From an uncultured Pirellulales bacterium (GTDB lineage Bacteria; Planctomycetota; Planctomycetia; Pirellulales; S012-138), in the NCBI GenBank assembly GCA_964511065.1, contig CAZEEG010000008.1:16091-80090 (forward strand): a DNA stretch of 64,000 bases, in the 5' to 3' direction. Shown here piece after piece: positions 50,632 through 59,578 of the stretch. Below the pieces are notes generated by a model that saw nothing but the letters and a program-made list of their open reading frames with translations, searched no databases and was not told the DNA's origin. Every line of letters starts with the position of its first letter. Position 1 is the stretch's first letter. Made by a program: the position numbers and the translations under genes.

Positions 50632-51633
50632 ATGGCCCGCAGCCTCACCGAGCGTTCTGGCCCCGCAACATCCTCCCAGCCGGGACGGGTGGCCACCCCA
50701 CATTTGGGCAAGCCGGCTGGGTCAACGGTCCCACGAACCAGCGCGCAGGTGCCCTCCGCGGCGACCGCTACCGGCCAACAACGAATACCGCTGCGCCCGG
50801 CCTGGAATGCTACCGGAGCCTGGCAACACGCCGAAACGCTGCACGACGGCCCCCTGACGGTGGTTTTTCGGGCCCGGCCCATCGCAGGTGGCGAGGCCGC
50901 CTACGTGCTGAAGCGCCTGCAACCGCACTGGGTCGATGATCCCAGGGCGGTCGCCATGCTGAAGCGTGAAGCCATCGTCGGGCAGACCGTTCATCACCGC
51001 AACCTCGTCCCCGTGCTGGATGCTGGGCTGGACCATGAACCCTATTATGTCGTGACACCGCTGCTGGAAGGGCACACGCTTGAGACCTTGCTGGTCGGCC
51101 AACCCCGCCCCGCCCTAGCGCAAGCGCTGTGGATCGTTCGGCAAGTCGCCGACGCACTAAACGCCTTGGATGCGGCCGGGTGGATGCACGGCGACGTGAA
51201 ACCCTCGAACATCATCGTTTCGCCGCGCGGCCACGTTACGCTGATCGACCTGGGATTTGCCCGGCGGCGCGACGAGATGCGGGGAGAAACCGACCGGCCC
51301 TTGCCCGGTACGCCGCATTACATGGCCCCGGAAATGCTCATTTCGCGGCTACGACCCGACGCCCGCAGCGATCTCTACAGCCTGGGGACTGTGCTGTATC
51401 GTATGCTGGCTGGGCGATTGCCGTTTGACGGCGATGCGGCGACCGTACTCGCTCAGCAGTTACAAGGCCGGCCGCCCGCGCTCCGCGCGTTGGATCGCTC
51501 CATACCCGAGGAAATTTCGGCGCTGGTGCAACGGTTGCTGGCAAAGGACCCTCTGCGCCGTCCAAACTCGCCGGCCGAATTGGTCCGTCAACTGGTTGCG
51601 CTGGAGTTGGCGTATTTTGAGGATCGCGGGTAG
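50632..51633 (+). CDS. Hanks-type serine/threonine protein kinase
   Basis: Catalytic loop is HGDVKPSNIIV. It also has DLGFA (DFG-equivalent) and an APE motif (YMAPEM). Confidence 0.85.
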   Translation: MARSLTERSGPATSSQPGRVATPHLGKPAGSTVPRTSAQVPSAATATGQQRIPLRPAWNATGAWQHAETLHDGPLTVVFRARPIAGGEAAYVLKRLQPHWVDDPRAVAMLKREAIVGQTVHHRNLVPVLDAGLDHEPYYVVTPLLEGHTLETLLVGQPRPALAQALWIVRQVADALNALDAAGWMHGDVKPSNIIVSPRGHVTLIDLGFARRRDEMRGETDRPLPGTPHYMAPEMLISRLRPDARSDLYSLGTVLYRMLAGRLPFDGDAATVLAQQLQGRPPALRALDRSIPEEISALVQRLLAKDPLRRPNSPAELVRQLVALELAYFEDRG

Positions 51634-51689
51634 GGCAAACCTCTTGTGCCCGCCCGAACGATCCCGGTCCGTTCGCGAATACCTGGCGG

Positions 51690-52832
51690 TTACCGCACCT
51701 TGTCGGCCACCCATTGCACCAGTTGGTTGGGTGTCATGGCGGCGACTTCTGCCCCGGCGTGGACCATTCGCGCGGCCAGGTTGCGGTCGTAATTGGGTTC
51801 TGCGCGGTCGTCCAAGGCGGCCAGTCCTAGTACATTCACGCCGGACTCGCACAAGCCCTTGGTGACGGAAAGCAAATGCGCCTCTGAGCCGCCTTCATAG
51901 AAATCGGTCACCAGAACCACGATGGTTTGCCGCGGGTTCTCGACCAGGCCGGCCGCGTATTGCATGGCCGAGGCGATATCGGTCCCCCCGCCCAGTTGCA
52001 CCTTCATCAGCGTTTCTACCGGATCGGTGCAGTCGGCAGTTACGTCCACCACAGCCGTATCAAACAGCACCAGATGCGCGCGGAGCGAGCCCATTCCCCA
52101 GAAAATGGCGGCCATGATCGCCGAATGCATCACGCTATCGAGCATGCTGCCGGACTGGTCGACCAGGATGATGATCTGCCAGCGGTCGGCTTGTCGGCGA
52201 ATTCGCGAGAAGAAATAGGGCGTTCTCAAATACAACCGCTTTTCCCGCGGGTTGTAGTGGACCAGGTTGCGGCGCAGTGTCGTCTTGGCGTCGAAATTCT
52301 TGGCTACCTTCATGGGGCTGCGGCGGCGGCGATCCACCGCACCAGTGAAGATCGACTGCACTTCCCGGGCCAGCTTTTCGATCAGTTCTTCCACCACCTT
52401 GCGGACCAGGGTTCGGGCCATCGCCAGCACCTCTTGATTCATCAGGTGCTTGGTTTGCAAAATCGCCTTCAGCAGCGTCTGGCTGGGCTCGGCCCGCTGC
52501 AACACCTCGGGATTAGTGACCATCTCGTCGAGTTGGTACCGCTCCAGGGCGTCGCGTTCCAACCGTTCGATCGTCGAGGTGGGAAACAACTCGTGAATCT
52601 GGTTGATCCAGTCGGGCACCGTAAGCTGCGAGGCTTGCAATCCAGCCGACCGGGCTGTTTGGTTCTTCTGGCTGCGGCGGATGTGGCGGCCAGCGCCATA
52701 TTCGCGGTCGTACAAAAAAGCGAGCGCCTGGTCCTGCTGGGCCGCCTCACCTTGCGGCGTGCAACCCAGCGCTTGTTCGGCGCCTTCGCCCAACACCAGC
52801 CGCCAACGCAACAGCCGCGCGCGATCACTCAT
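51690..52832 (-). CDS. von Willebrand factor A protein, CoxE-like (PF05762-type)
   Basis: N-terminal RWRLVLGEG motif typical of CoxE-type vWA proteins. The C-terminal vWA MIDAS is DQSGSM...T...D. It overlaps the upstream gene by 4 nt (ATGA). Confidence 0.75.
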   Translation of the reverse strand: MSDRARLLRWRLVLGEGAEQALGCTPQGEAAQQDQALAFLYDREYGAGRHIRRSQKNQTARSAGLQASQLTVPDWINQIHELFPTSTIERLERDALERYQLDEMVTNPEVLQRAEPSQTLLKAILQTKHLMNQEVLAMARTLVRKVVEELIEKLAREVQSIFTGAVDRRRRSPMKVAKNFDAKTTLRRNLVHYNPREKRLYLRTPYFFSRIRRQADRWQIIILVDQSGSMLDSVMHSAIMAAIFWGMGSLRAHLVLFDTAVVDVTADCTDPVETLMKVQLGGGTDIASAMQYAAGLVENPRQTIVVLVTDFYEGGSEAHLLSVTKGLCESGVNVLGLAALDDRAEPNYDRNLAARMVHAGAEVAAMTPNQLVQWVADKVR

Positions 52833-55492
52833 GGAGATTTCTCCTGAATAGGTTCCGGCGGTAACCGCAAACCGTAGCGCTCCAGGGCCGCAAACAGCTC
52901 GGCCTCCCAGGCCAATGCCGCGGCCGCTTGCTCAGGACGGACGGCCAGGGCTGCCGATTCCGCCGTGGCGGCCGGCTGCACCCCCAGCACCTGGAGCAGC
53001 GTGGTCGCCAGGTAATGCTTCTCGCGCGGCGTGAAATACGTGAACGCCAACCGCAGCGACGGCAATGCCTGCAGGAACTGCTGGTCGCTGTAATCCACCA
53101 GCAGCCGGTCGATGCTTGCCACTAGCTGAGGGTTGCGCTGGACGACTTCGCGAGCCAGACAGAACAGGCCGGTGAGGAAGTCGCCAAGCTGCTGCGGATC
53201 GGCAAATTGCGCCAGCGCTTCGGCCGTGTGCGCGGCATCGGTGGCTCCCAGCGCCCATAAACCGCCCCAGGCCGCTCCACGCGTAAGGGGCAATTGGCCG
53301 TGGTCCTGCTGGACCCGGGCCAGCACGTCGAGCAGTTCGTCGTGCAGATCGGCCAGGGCTTCTCCGGCCGCCTCCAGCGTTTGCACGAGCGCCGAAACAC
53401 CGCTGAGAATTTCGCGATCCTGGCCAGACACTTGTCCCAGGCTCTCCAAGAGCCACATGCCACGGATGAAGGCTTCGCGCAGCAGGGCACCGATATCGTC
53501 GCGGTTGGCGGTAGCGAGCACCTCGTCGTAGCGGAACAAGTACAGCAGATGGCCCAGGGCCGCCGTGTTGGTAAAGAAGTTGACGTCCTGCCGGAAGATG
53601 GAGAGCAATTGACGCTGGAAGTCGGCACGCAATCGCGGCAGCCCGGCTAGCGCGGCATCGAGCAATAGCAGCGCCGCCGATTCGGCATCGCGCTGGATGG
53701 TTTTCGCCTGCTCAAGCAATTGCTCTTGTGCGGCCTCCTCCAGGCGTGGTCCGTATCGGGACGCTTCAATGGCCGAGCTTTCAAAGTCGGGCGACCAATG
53801 CAGTCGCCACTGCTCCCAAAGATGCGCCAGATCGTCGCGCTGCTGAAGATCAACCCCATCGGTCTGCCTGAAGCCGGCAATCTTCAAGATTCGCAGGCGG
53901 TGCAACACGCTGCTCCGCCGACGGTCGCGCGGCTCGTGCAAATGCAACTCAATGTCGCACGCCCGAAGTGGTGGTTCCAAGTCGAGCTGCGCCAGCGTGT
54001 GGCGAATGTCCTGCACCAGCGGGGGCACTCGGGCGCCCTCGGCGATCAGGCCGCGGCGATTGCCGCGCAGGGCCTCGTGAACTGCCTCGAGGAACGGATG
54101 CGCGGCACCGATGGCCAATTCTTCCTTGACCAGGGCCCCGGTCACAGCATCGACCAGGTCCCACCGCCAAACCTCAGAATGACCGCGCAGGGCCGCTAGC
54201 CCCAGGGCGGTGGTTTCTACTGCAATCAAGTCGGCCGTACTGACACGTTGGCCGCGTTGCCGCAACTGACGCGACACCTCAGCCAACAACTGCCGATAGG
54301 TTTGGCCACGGCCCGACCTTCGCCCCCCGGCATGGCCCTCCGCCGCAGCATGGCCCTGCTTTGCGGGGGGAGCCTCACCATGTGGTGTTTGCCGGTCCAG
54401 CCAAACCTGGTGGTAAAAACCGGGGTTCGGCATGCCGGCTTCATAGCCGCGCAGGCTATCCAACCGCTCGTAGGAGTAGGGAGTGAGTGCAATACCTGTC
54501 GTTTCGTCCGCGGCGTTCGCATCGCTTGGCGCAGCGCCGCCGGGTTCGTCCTGGTCCAATGGACCATCTGGCGGTGTGGCACCTACTGGAGCGTCCTGGA
54601 CCGTTGGCTCGGCCGAAGTCGGAATGGTGGGGTTCAGGCTTTCGTGAACCATGGAGTGCCACTCATCAGGCGTGGGATCGTCCAAGCCGACAAACGGTTG
54701 TCCGTTGAGCCGCGCGAACAGGGCGTAACTGTGATAGGCCCCGGTTACCACGACCAGCGGCCCTTCAAGTTCAGCCGCCGCCTGCTGGATTTGCTCGGCC
54801 ATGTATGCTTCGCGGCGCCGGTCCTCGGCAGGTACATGCCCATCGGCCAGGCGGATCAGCCCACAGAGGGTATGTGCTCGGCGCAGGTACTCTTCCAAGG
54901 GAAGATTCGCATCAATCTCGCAAAGCGTGTCCCAGAGCGCGTTGAAGTCCTCCACGCCCAGTTCGCGGCACAACACCTCGACATAGCCGCTGCAGCGCAA
55001 TTCGGCATCGGCATACCGGTGGCTGAGGCTCTTGGCCGTGGCGATCTCCGACCAGGGCAGGTCGATGAATCGCGCCTCGGCTCCCTGTGCCCTGGCCGCC
55101 TGAAGTGCCTGCCATTCCGGCGAATATTCGCAGAATGGATAGAACGCCCCGCGGCGCAGCCCATCGGCCAAACGCACGTAACTGTAAATGGCGATCGGCA
55201 GTTCGTGCGGAAGCCACAACTCCTGCATATAAGGGTTGAAGTCCGCGGGCCCTTCGATCAGCACTGCCGCCGGACGCACCCGGCCGATCAGTTCGCGCAC
55301 CAATCGGGCACAAGCGGGGCTATGATGCCGCACGGGGAAATACACCACCGGCGCCGACAGGTCCAGCAGCGGTTCAACATCCAGTGCCCCATCCGGTGCC
55401 GCGCCCTGTGGAGCGCCGCCGGACTTGGCCGGGTTGTCGTTGGCGTTGATCGGCGCCGCTTGGCGCGCGGCCGAGTATTCTTCCATGGCCAC
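52829..55492 (-). CDS. Large (887 aa) uncharacterised conserved protein translationally coupled to the CoxE-like vWA gene (DUF5682-like context)
   Basis: Long ORF with coherent composition. The N-terminal ~250 aa carries paired His motifs (VVYFPVRHHSP ... VVVTGAYHSYAL). The rest is mostly helical. Confidence 0.6.
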   Translation of the reverse strand: MAMEEYSAARQAAPINANDNPAKSGGAPQGAAPDGALDVEPLLDLSAPVVYFPVRHHSPACARLVRELIGRVRPAAVLIEGPADFNPYMQELWLPHELPIAIYSYVRLADGLRRGAFYPFCEYSPEWQALQAARAQGAEARFIDLPWSEIATAKSLSHRYADAELRCSGYVEVLCRELGVEDFNALWDTLCEIDANLPLEEYLRRAHTLCGLIRLADGHVPAEDRRREAYMAEQIQQAAAELEGPLVVVTGAYHSYALFARLNGQPFVGLDDPTPDEWHSMVHESLNPTIPTSAEPTVQDAPVGATPPDGPLDQDEPGGAAPSDANAADETTGIALTPYSYERLDSLRGYEAGMPNPGFYHQVWLDRQTPHGEAPPAKQGHAAAEGHAGGRRSGRGQTYRQLLAEVSRQLRQRGQRVSTADLIAVETTALGLAALRGHSEVWRWDLVDAVTGALVKEELAIGAAHPFLEAVHEALRGNRRGLIAEGARVPPLVQDIRHTLAQLDLEPPLRACDIELHLHEPRDRRRSSVLHRLRILKIAGFRQTDGVDLQQRDDLAHLWEQWRLHWSPDFESSAIEASRYGPRLEEAAQEQLLEQAKTIQRDAESAALLLLDAALAGLPRLRADFQRQLLSIFRQDVNFFTNTAALGHLLYLFRYDEVLATANRDDIGALLREAFIRGMWLLESLGQVSGQDREILSGVSALVQTLEAAGEALADLHDELLDVLARVQQDHGQLPLTRGAAWGGLWALGATDAAHTAEALAQFADPQQLGDFLTGLFCLAREVVQRNPQLVASIDRLLVDYSDQQFLQALPSLRLAFTYFTPREKHYLATTLLQVLGVQPAATAESAALAVRPEQAAAALAWEAELFAALERYGLRLPPEPIQEKSP

Positions 55493-55674
55493 TGTGACGG
55501 AATGTTACGTTGCCCATGCCCGGCGAACGAACGAGTTGTGCTTTCAAACCTGCTGGTTTTCCAGCGGCATCAACAATCTTTCGGCGGTTCGACACGAGGC
55601 GACGCGGAAGCCCCCCGTGCTGGAACCAATCGCCTTGAGCAGGCCAGGCCCGCTGGCGGCCCCCCTGGTTAGGA

Positions 55675-57504
55675 CTACATACCCGAGAGCAGTTGGTCCA
55701 GTTCGTCGACCAGCTCGCCAAAGTACGTGAGCGTGGTTTCCACCGGTTCGGGGCTGGCCATGTCCACGCCGGCATCGCGCAGCAGTTCCAGCGGGAACTT
55801 GGAACAACCGGCCTTGAGGAATCCCAGGTAATCGTTCAACTCGCGCTCGCCGCCCGAAAGCACCTTCTGGCTCAAGGCCACGGCCGCCGACAAGCCGGTG
55901 GCATATTTGTACACGTAGAAGGCGCGATAGAAATGCGGGATGCGGAAGCATTCCAGGCGAAGCTGTTCATCGATGGCGAAATTGGGGCCAAAGTAGGCGT
56001 CCAGCAGTTCGCGATAGACGCTGGTGAAACTCTCCACCGTAAGCGGCTCGCCCTGCTCGGCCATGGCATGCGTGATCTTCTCGAACTCGGCGAACATCGT
56101 CTGCCGGACCACGGTGCCGCGGATAGCGTCGATCTCGCGGTTGATCAGGTAGGCCCGCTCCCTGTCGTCCGTAGCCTCGGCCATCATATGCCGGCTGAGC
56201 AGTTGCTCGTTGAAGGTGCTGGCGACCTCGGCCACGAAGATCACGTAGTTGTAATACTGGAACGGCTGATGCCGGGCCGAGTAATACGAGTGCATGGAGT
56301 GCCCTGCCTCGTGGGCAAGGGTGAACACGTGGTCCAGCACGCGCTGCTGGTAATTCATGAGGATGTACGGGTCGCCGTCGTAGCTGCCACAACTGAAGGC
56401 GCCGCTCTGCTTGCCCTGGTTCTCGTATCGGTCGCACCAGCGGCCGCGCAGCCCCGCTTCCAGCGCATGGCAATAGTCCCTGCCCAGCGGTTGCAGCGAC
56501 TCGATCACCAGGTCGACGGCGTCATCCCAGGGATAGTCGACCTTGAGGTCGCTGAGGATCGGCACGTAGGTGTCGTAGTGGTGGATGTCGTCGAGCTTCA
56601 TCGCCCGGCGGCGCAGATCGTAGTACCGGTGGACCGACGGCAAATGCTTGCGCACGGCCGCAATCAGGTTGTCGTACACCGTCTGCGGAACGTCGTCGGC
56701 AAACAGGGCCTGTTGCAGGGCGCTGTCGTAGCCGCGTGCCCGGGCGTAGTAGACGTCGCGCTGGATGGACCCGTTCAGCGTGGCCGCCAGCGTATTGCGG
56801 TGAGCGTCGAACGCCTCGTAGTACTGGTGGAACGCCTGGCGGCGGACCTCGCGACTGGGGGAATGCAGAAACGCCGAAAACGAAGCATGGCTCAACTCGA
56901 TCCGCTCGCCCTCTTCGTTCTCCAGATCGCCAAACCGGAGATCGGCATTGTTAAGCTGCCGGAATGTCTGCTCAGCCGCCTGGGCCATTTCGGCCTGCAT
57001 CGCCAGCAGGCGTTCTTCCCGGTCGCTCAGCGTGTACGGCTTGTAGCGAAGCACGCGCTTGAGCAGCAACCGGTAAGGCTCTAAAGAATCGTCGGTCAGG
57101 AACTGCTGCATGGCCGCATCGTCGATCGCCATCAACTCCGGCCGAATGTAGCTCGATGCCTGCCCTGCCCGGCTCGCGACGTTCAGATACCGGGCCTGCA
57201 TGCGCTGGTACGTGCTGTTGGCCGTGTCTTCCGCCGTCTTGAGGAAGGCGTACGTTCCCAGCCGCTCTCCCAGCCGATCGAACTGGAGATCGAATTCCAG
57301 GCAGGCCGCGATCGCGGCGGCACCGCTGGCCAGCGTTCCCCGAAAGCTCTCGTAGCGCGCAATCTGCGACTCCCACGCTTTGAAGTCCGCCTCCCACGCA
57401 TCGTCGTTGGGATACAGGCTCGAAAGGTCCCAACGATCGCTCTCGGGAATCTCGCTTCGGGCTGGAAGCTTTTTGACGGGGGAAGGCTCCGCAGTGCTCG
57501 ACAT
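55675..57504 (-). CDS. pepF: Oligoendopeptidase F (M3B family zinc metallopeptidase)
   Basis: ORF to 57609. The likely start is MSSTAEPS at 57504. HEAGH zinc motif plus a downstream E. Full-length M3B-like. Confidence 0.85.
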   Translation of the reverse strand: MSSTAEPSPVKKLPARSEIPESDRWDLSSLYPNDDAWEADFKAWESQIARYESFRGTLASGAAAIAACLEFDLQFDRLGERLGTYAFLKTAEDTANSTYQRMQARYLNVASRAGQASSYIRPELMAIDDAAMQQFLTDDSLEPYRLLLKRVLRYKPYTLSDREERLLAMQAEMAQAAEQTFRQLNNADLRFGDLENEEGERIELSHASFSAFLHSPSREVRRQAFHQYYEAFDAHRNTLAATLNGSIQRDVYYARARGYDSALQQALFADDVPQTVYDNLIAAVRKHLPSVHRYYDLRRRAMKLDDIHHYDTYVPILSDLKVDYPWDDAVDLVIESLQPLGRDYCHALEAGLRGRWCDRYENQGKQSGAFSCGSYDGDPYILMNYQQRVLDHVFTLAHEAGHSMHSYYSARHQPFQYYNYVIFVAEVASTFNEQLLSRHMMAEATDDRERAYLINREIDAIRGTVVRQTMFAEFEKITHAMAEQGEPLTVESFTSVYRELLDAYFGPNFAIDEQLRLECFRIPHFYRAFYVYKYATGLSAAVALSQKVLSGGERELNDYLGFLKAGCSKFPLELLRDAGVDMASPEPVETTLTYFGELVDELDQLLSGM

Positions 57505-57890
57505 CGTCCGGCAATCCTCCATGGGAGTGAGGTGAATCCTACGTGCTTGGGCTGAAAATGGCCCAGGGAAGTGCGTTCCGCAACGTGGCCCCAAGCGGCA
57601 CCTGGCCAACGCCGGTATCGCGGGCTGTCTTCCCTATCCTCGCAGCATACCAGAATCGGCCGAGCGTGGAATCGGGGACGCCGCCAGATGGCCGCCGGCC
57701 TTGCACCAGCGACTGGATGTAGAACCCGGCGGATGTCGCGTGGACGCTGGCCTTATGCCAGCGGGGCAATTTCGCCCCGCCCATCCCCGCGGTCCCCTGG
57801 GCCGTGGCTAAACGCGAAGGGGACATATAACGTGGTTGCTTGAAACCGCCTTATGAATGAACACAGTCACCGTGCAGGTCGCGCGGCAGG

Positions 57891-59378
57891 CTACCGCTCG
57901 GGAATATAGTTGAGCGTGTAATAAGCCTGGGGGTGCAGCAGCGGCAAGCCATCGGCCGATCGCACGCCCTCGGCATGCAACTCGTGGACGTGCCCTGCCT
58001 GCAGGCCGTCTACGATCAGTCGCGCGTGCAATCCATCGTCGGAAACCTCGATCGCCTTGATCGTGGGACTGGTATGGTCCACCTCGGGGCTGCCGTACGA
58101 CGCCTGGTAAATGTAGGTGTAGGTTTGCAGCTTGTAGCTCTCGGGCTTACCGGCTGACGCGCGATCAGCGGGCCTCGTAAAGACCAGTTCAAAGCCGTCG
58201 GGCCGGGCCTTCATTTCCTTGATTTCAAAGGGGACCTTGTCGGTCCACGTGAGGCGATCCAGCGAATACGGTTTGTTGCCGCGCGAGCCCCAACCCCGGT
58301 TGGTTCCGCCGACGAACATCGTGCCTGACTCGGTCATCAGCACCGACAGCGCTCCGGAGCCGAACCCCGAGCGGAACGGGAAACAAGCTCCCTGGTAGCG
58401 GCCGTTCACCTTCTCAAGGTAGCAGCGCATCACGGTGCTGAAGGTCTGGTCGGCCACGAACAGTTGATTCTCGAACGGCCCGAATTTGCCGCCAGTGGTA
58501 TCGCAGGCAACGCCCGCCGCCGATTGGCCCATCTTCTTATAAGGGAATAGGATGGCCGGTGGCAGCAATTGAGGAATCTTGGCGGCCTCGGTGATGATGC
58601 GGCTACCGCTCTCGGGCTCCTGCGGCTTTTCGCCAAGATTCGGGGCATGGTCGTACCAGCGATTACCGGCCGGGTGGCCCATGAAGTGCCCCGGCGCCAG
58701 GTGCCGCAGGCTGCATGTACCGTTCCACGGGCCCTGGTTGTCGGTATAGAACACATCGCCTGCGGCGTTCATGCCCATCCCACCTGGTGAGCGAATCCCG
58801 CTGCACGTGGGGATCGCCTCGCCATCGGGCGTGATGCGGAGGCACCATCCCCGGAACAATACGTTGCTATTGAACGAACCGGTCAAACAGAGCGTAACCC
58901 ACAGGTGGCCCTGGGGGTCGAACTTGCTGCCGAAAGCGTACTCGTGATAGTCGCCACTGAGGCCCCAACCGTCGTACACGGTTTCAAAGACGTCGGCCGT
59001 TCCATCGTTGTTCCCATCCTTGATCCGGGTGACCTCGCCCCGCTGTGTGGCATACAGCCAGCCATCGCGATGGGCCAATCCCAGCACTTCGTGCATCCCT
59101 TCCGCATACCGTTGAAAACGGATTTCGTCCAAATCCTCAGCGAGCGGATTGTGAATCATGTAGATATCACCGCGACGGCTTGACATGGCCAACCGCCCGT
59201 CGGGCATCCACTCCAAGTCGCCGGCTTCGAGCACCACGCCCTCGGGAATCGGAAGGGGTGTCAGGCGGTAGTAGTCGTCCTCGGTTGGCCCTTCTTGCGC
59301 GGCGGCGTAACCGATGGCCAAGTTCAACGTTGCCACGGCGATGAAGCCGCACAGCACACAGTTGCGATTCATATTCAT
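57891..59378 (-). CDS. PVC-type putative membrane-bound dehydrogenase domain protein (glucose/sorbosone-dehydrogenase-like beta-propeller). Secreted.
   Basis: ORF to 59537. The signal peptide [28 protein letters not shown] starts at 59378. Beta-propeller blades are present. This architecture typically pairs with PVC CxxCH cytochrome proteins, and one lies directly upstream. Confidence 0.55.
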   Translation of the reverse strand: MNMNRNCVLCGFIAVATLNLAIGYAAAQEGPTEDDYYRLTPLPIPEGVVLEAGDLEWMPDGRLAMSSRRGDIYMIHNPLAEDLDEIRFQRYAEGMHEVLGLAHRDGWLYATQRGEVTRIKDGNNDGTADVFETVYDGWGLSGDYHEYAFGSKFDPQGHLWVTLCLTGSFNSNVLFRGWCLRITPDGEAIPTCSGIRSPGGMGMNAAGDVFYTDNQGPWNGTCSLRHLAPGHFMGHPAGNRWYDHAPNLGEKPQEPESGSRIITEAAKIPQLLPPAILFPYKKMGQSAAGVACDTTGGKFGPFENQLFVADQTFSTVMRCYLEKVNGRYQGACFPFRSGFGSGALSVLMTESGTMFVGGTNRGWGSRGNKPYSLDRLTWTDKVPFEIKEMKARPDGFELVFTRPADRASAGKPESYKLQTYTYIYQASYGSPEVDHTSPTIKAIEVSDDGLHARLIVDGLQAGHVHELHAEGVRSADGLPLLHPQAYYTLNYIPER

Positions 59379-59416
59379 ATCAATCAATCCTTTGCTGGGC
59401 GGATGGTCGTTATGGA

Positions 59417-59545
59417 CACCTGCGCAGTTCATGTCCGCTTTCGTTCGCGCTAGCTCACCGAAATGTGGCCGATACTGCTGAAAAACGGAGAATTTGCGGC
59501 GCCGACCGTTCGATGCCCTGCGTTGGCGGTGCAACAATCAATAGC
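59417..59545. repeat. Copy A of a diverged ~130-nt intergenic repeat (conserved ends, variable centre)
   Basis: CACCTGCGCAGTTCATGTCCGCTTTCGTTCGCGCTAGCTCACCGAAATGTGGCC...TTGGCGGTGCAACAATCAATAGC is about 75-80% identical to 63788..63918. It lies 33 nt past the stop of the minus-strand cytochrome gene. Confidence 0.6.
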
Positions 59546-59578
59546 CATAACAGTATGAAAGCACTATGACCGTGCATC

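Noticed and set aside
51927-57084. Plus-strand ORFs 51927..52847, 54248..55672 and 55693..57084
   Set aside because: They are antisense to the vWA, the 887-aa protein and pepF genes respectively. Their compositions are typical shadow frames.
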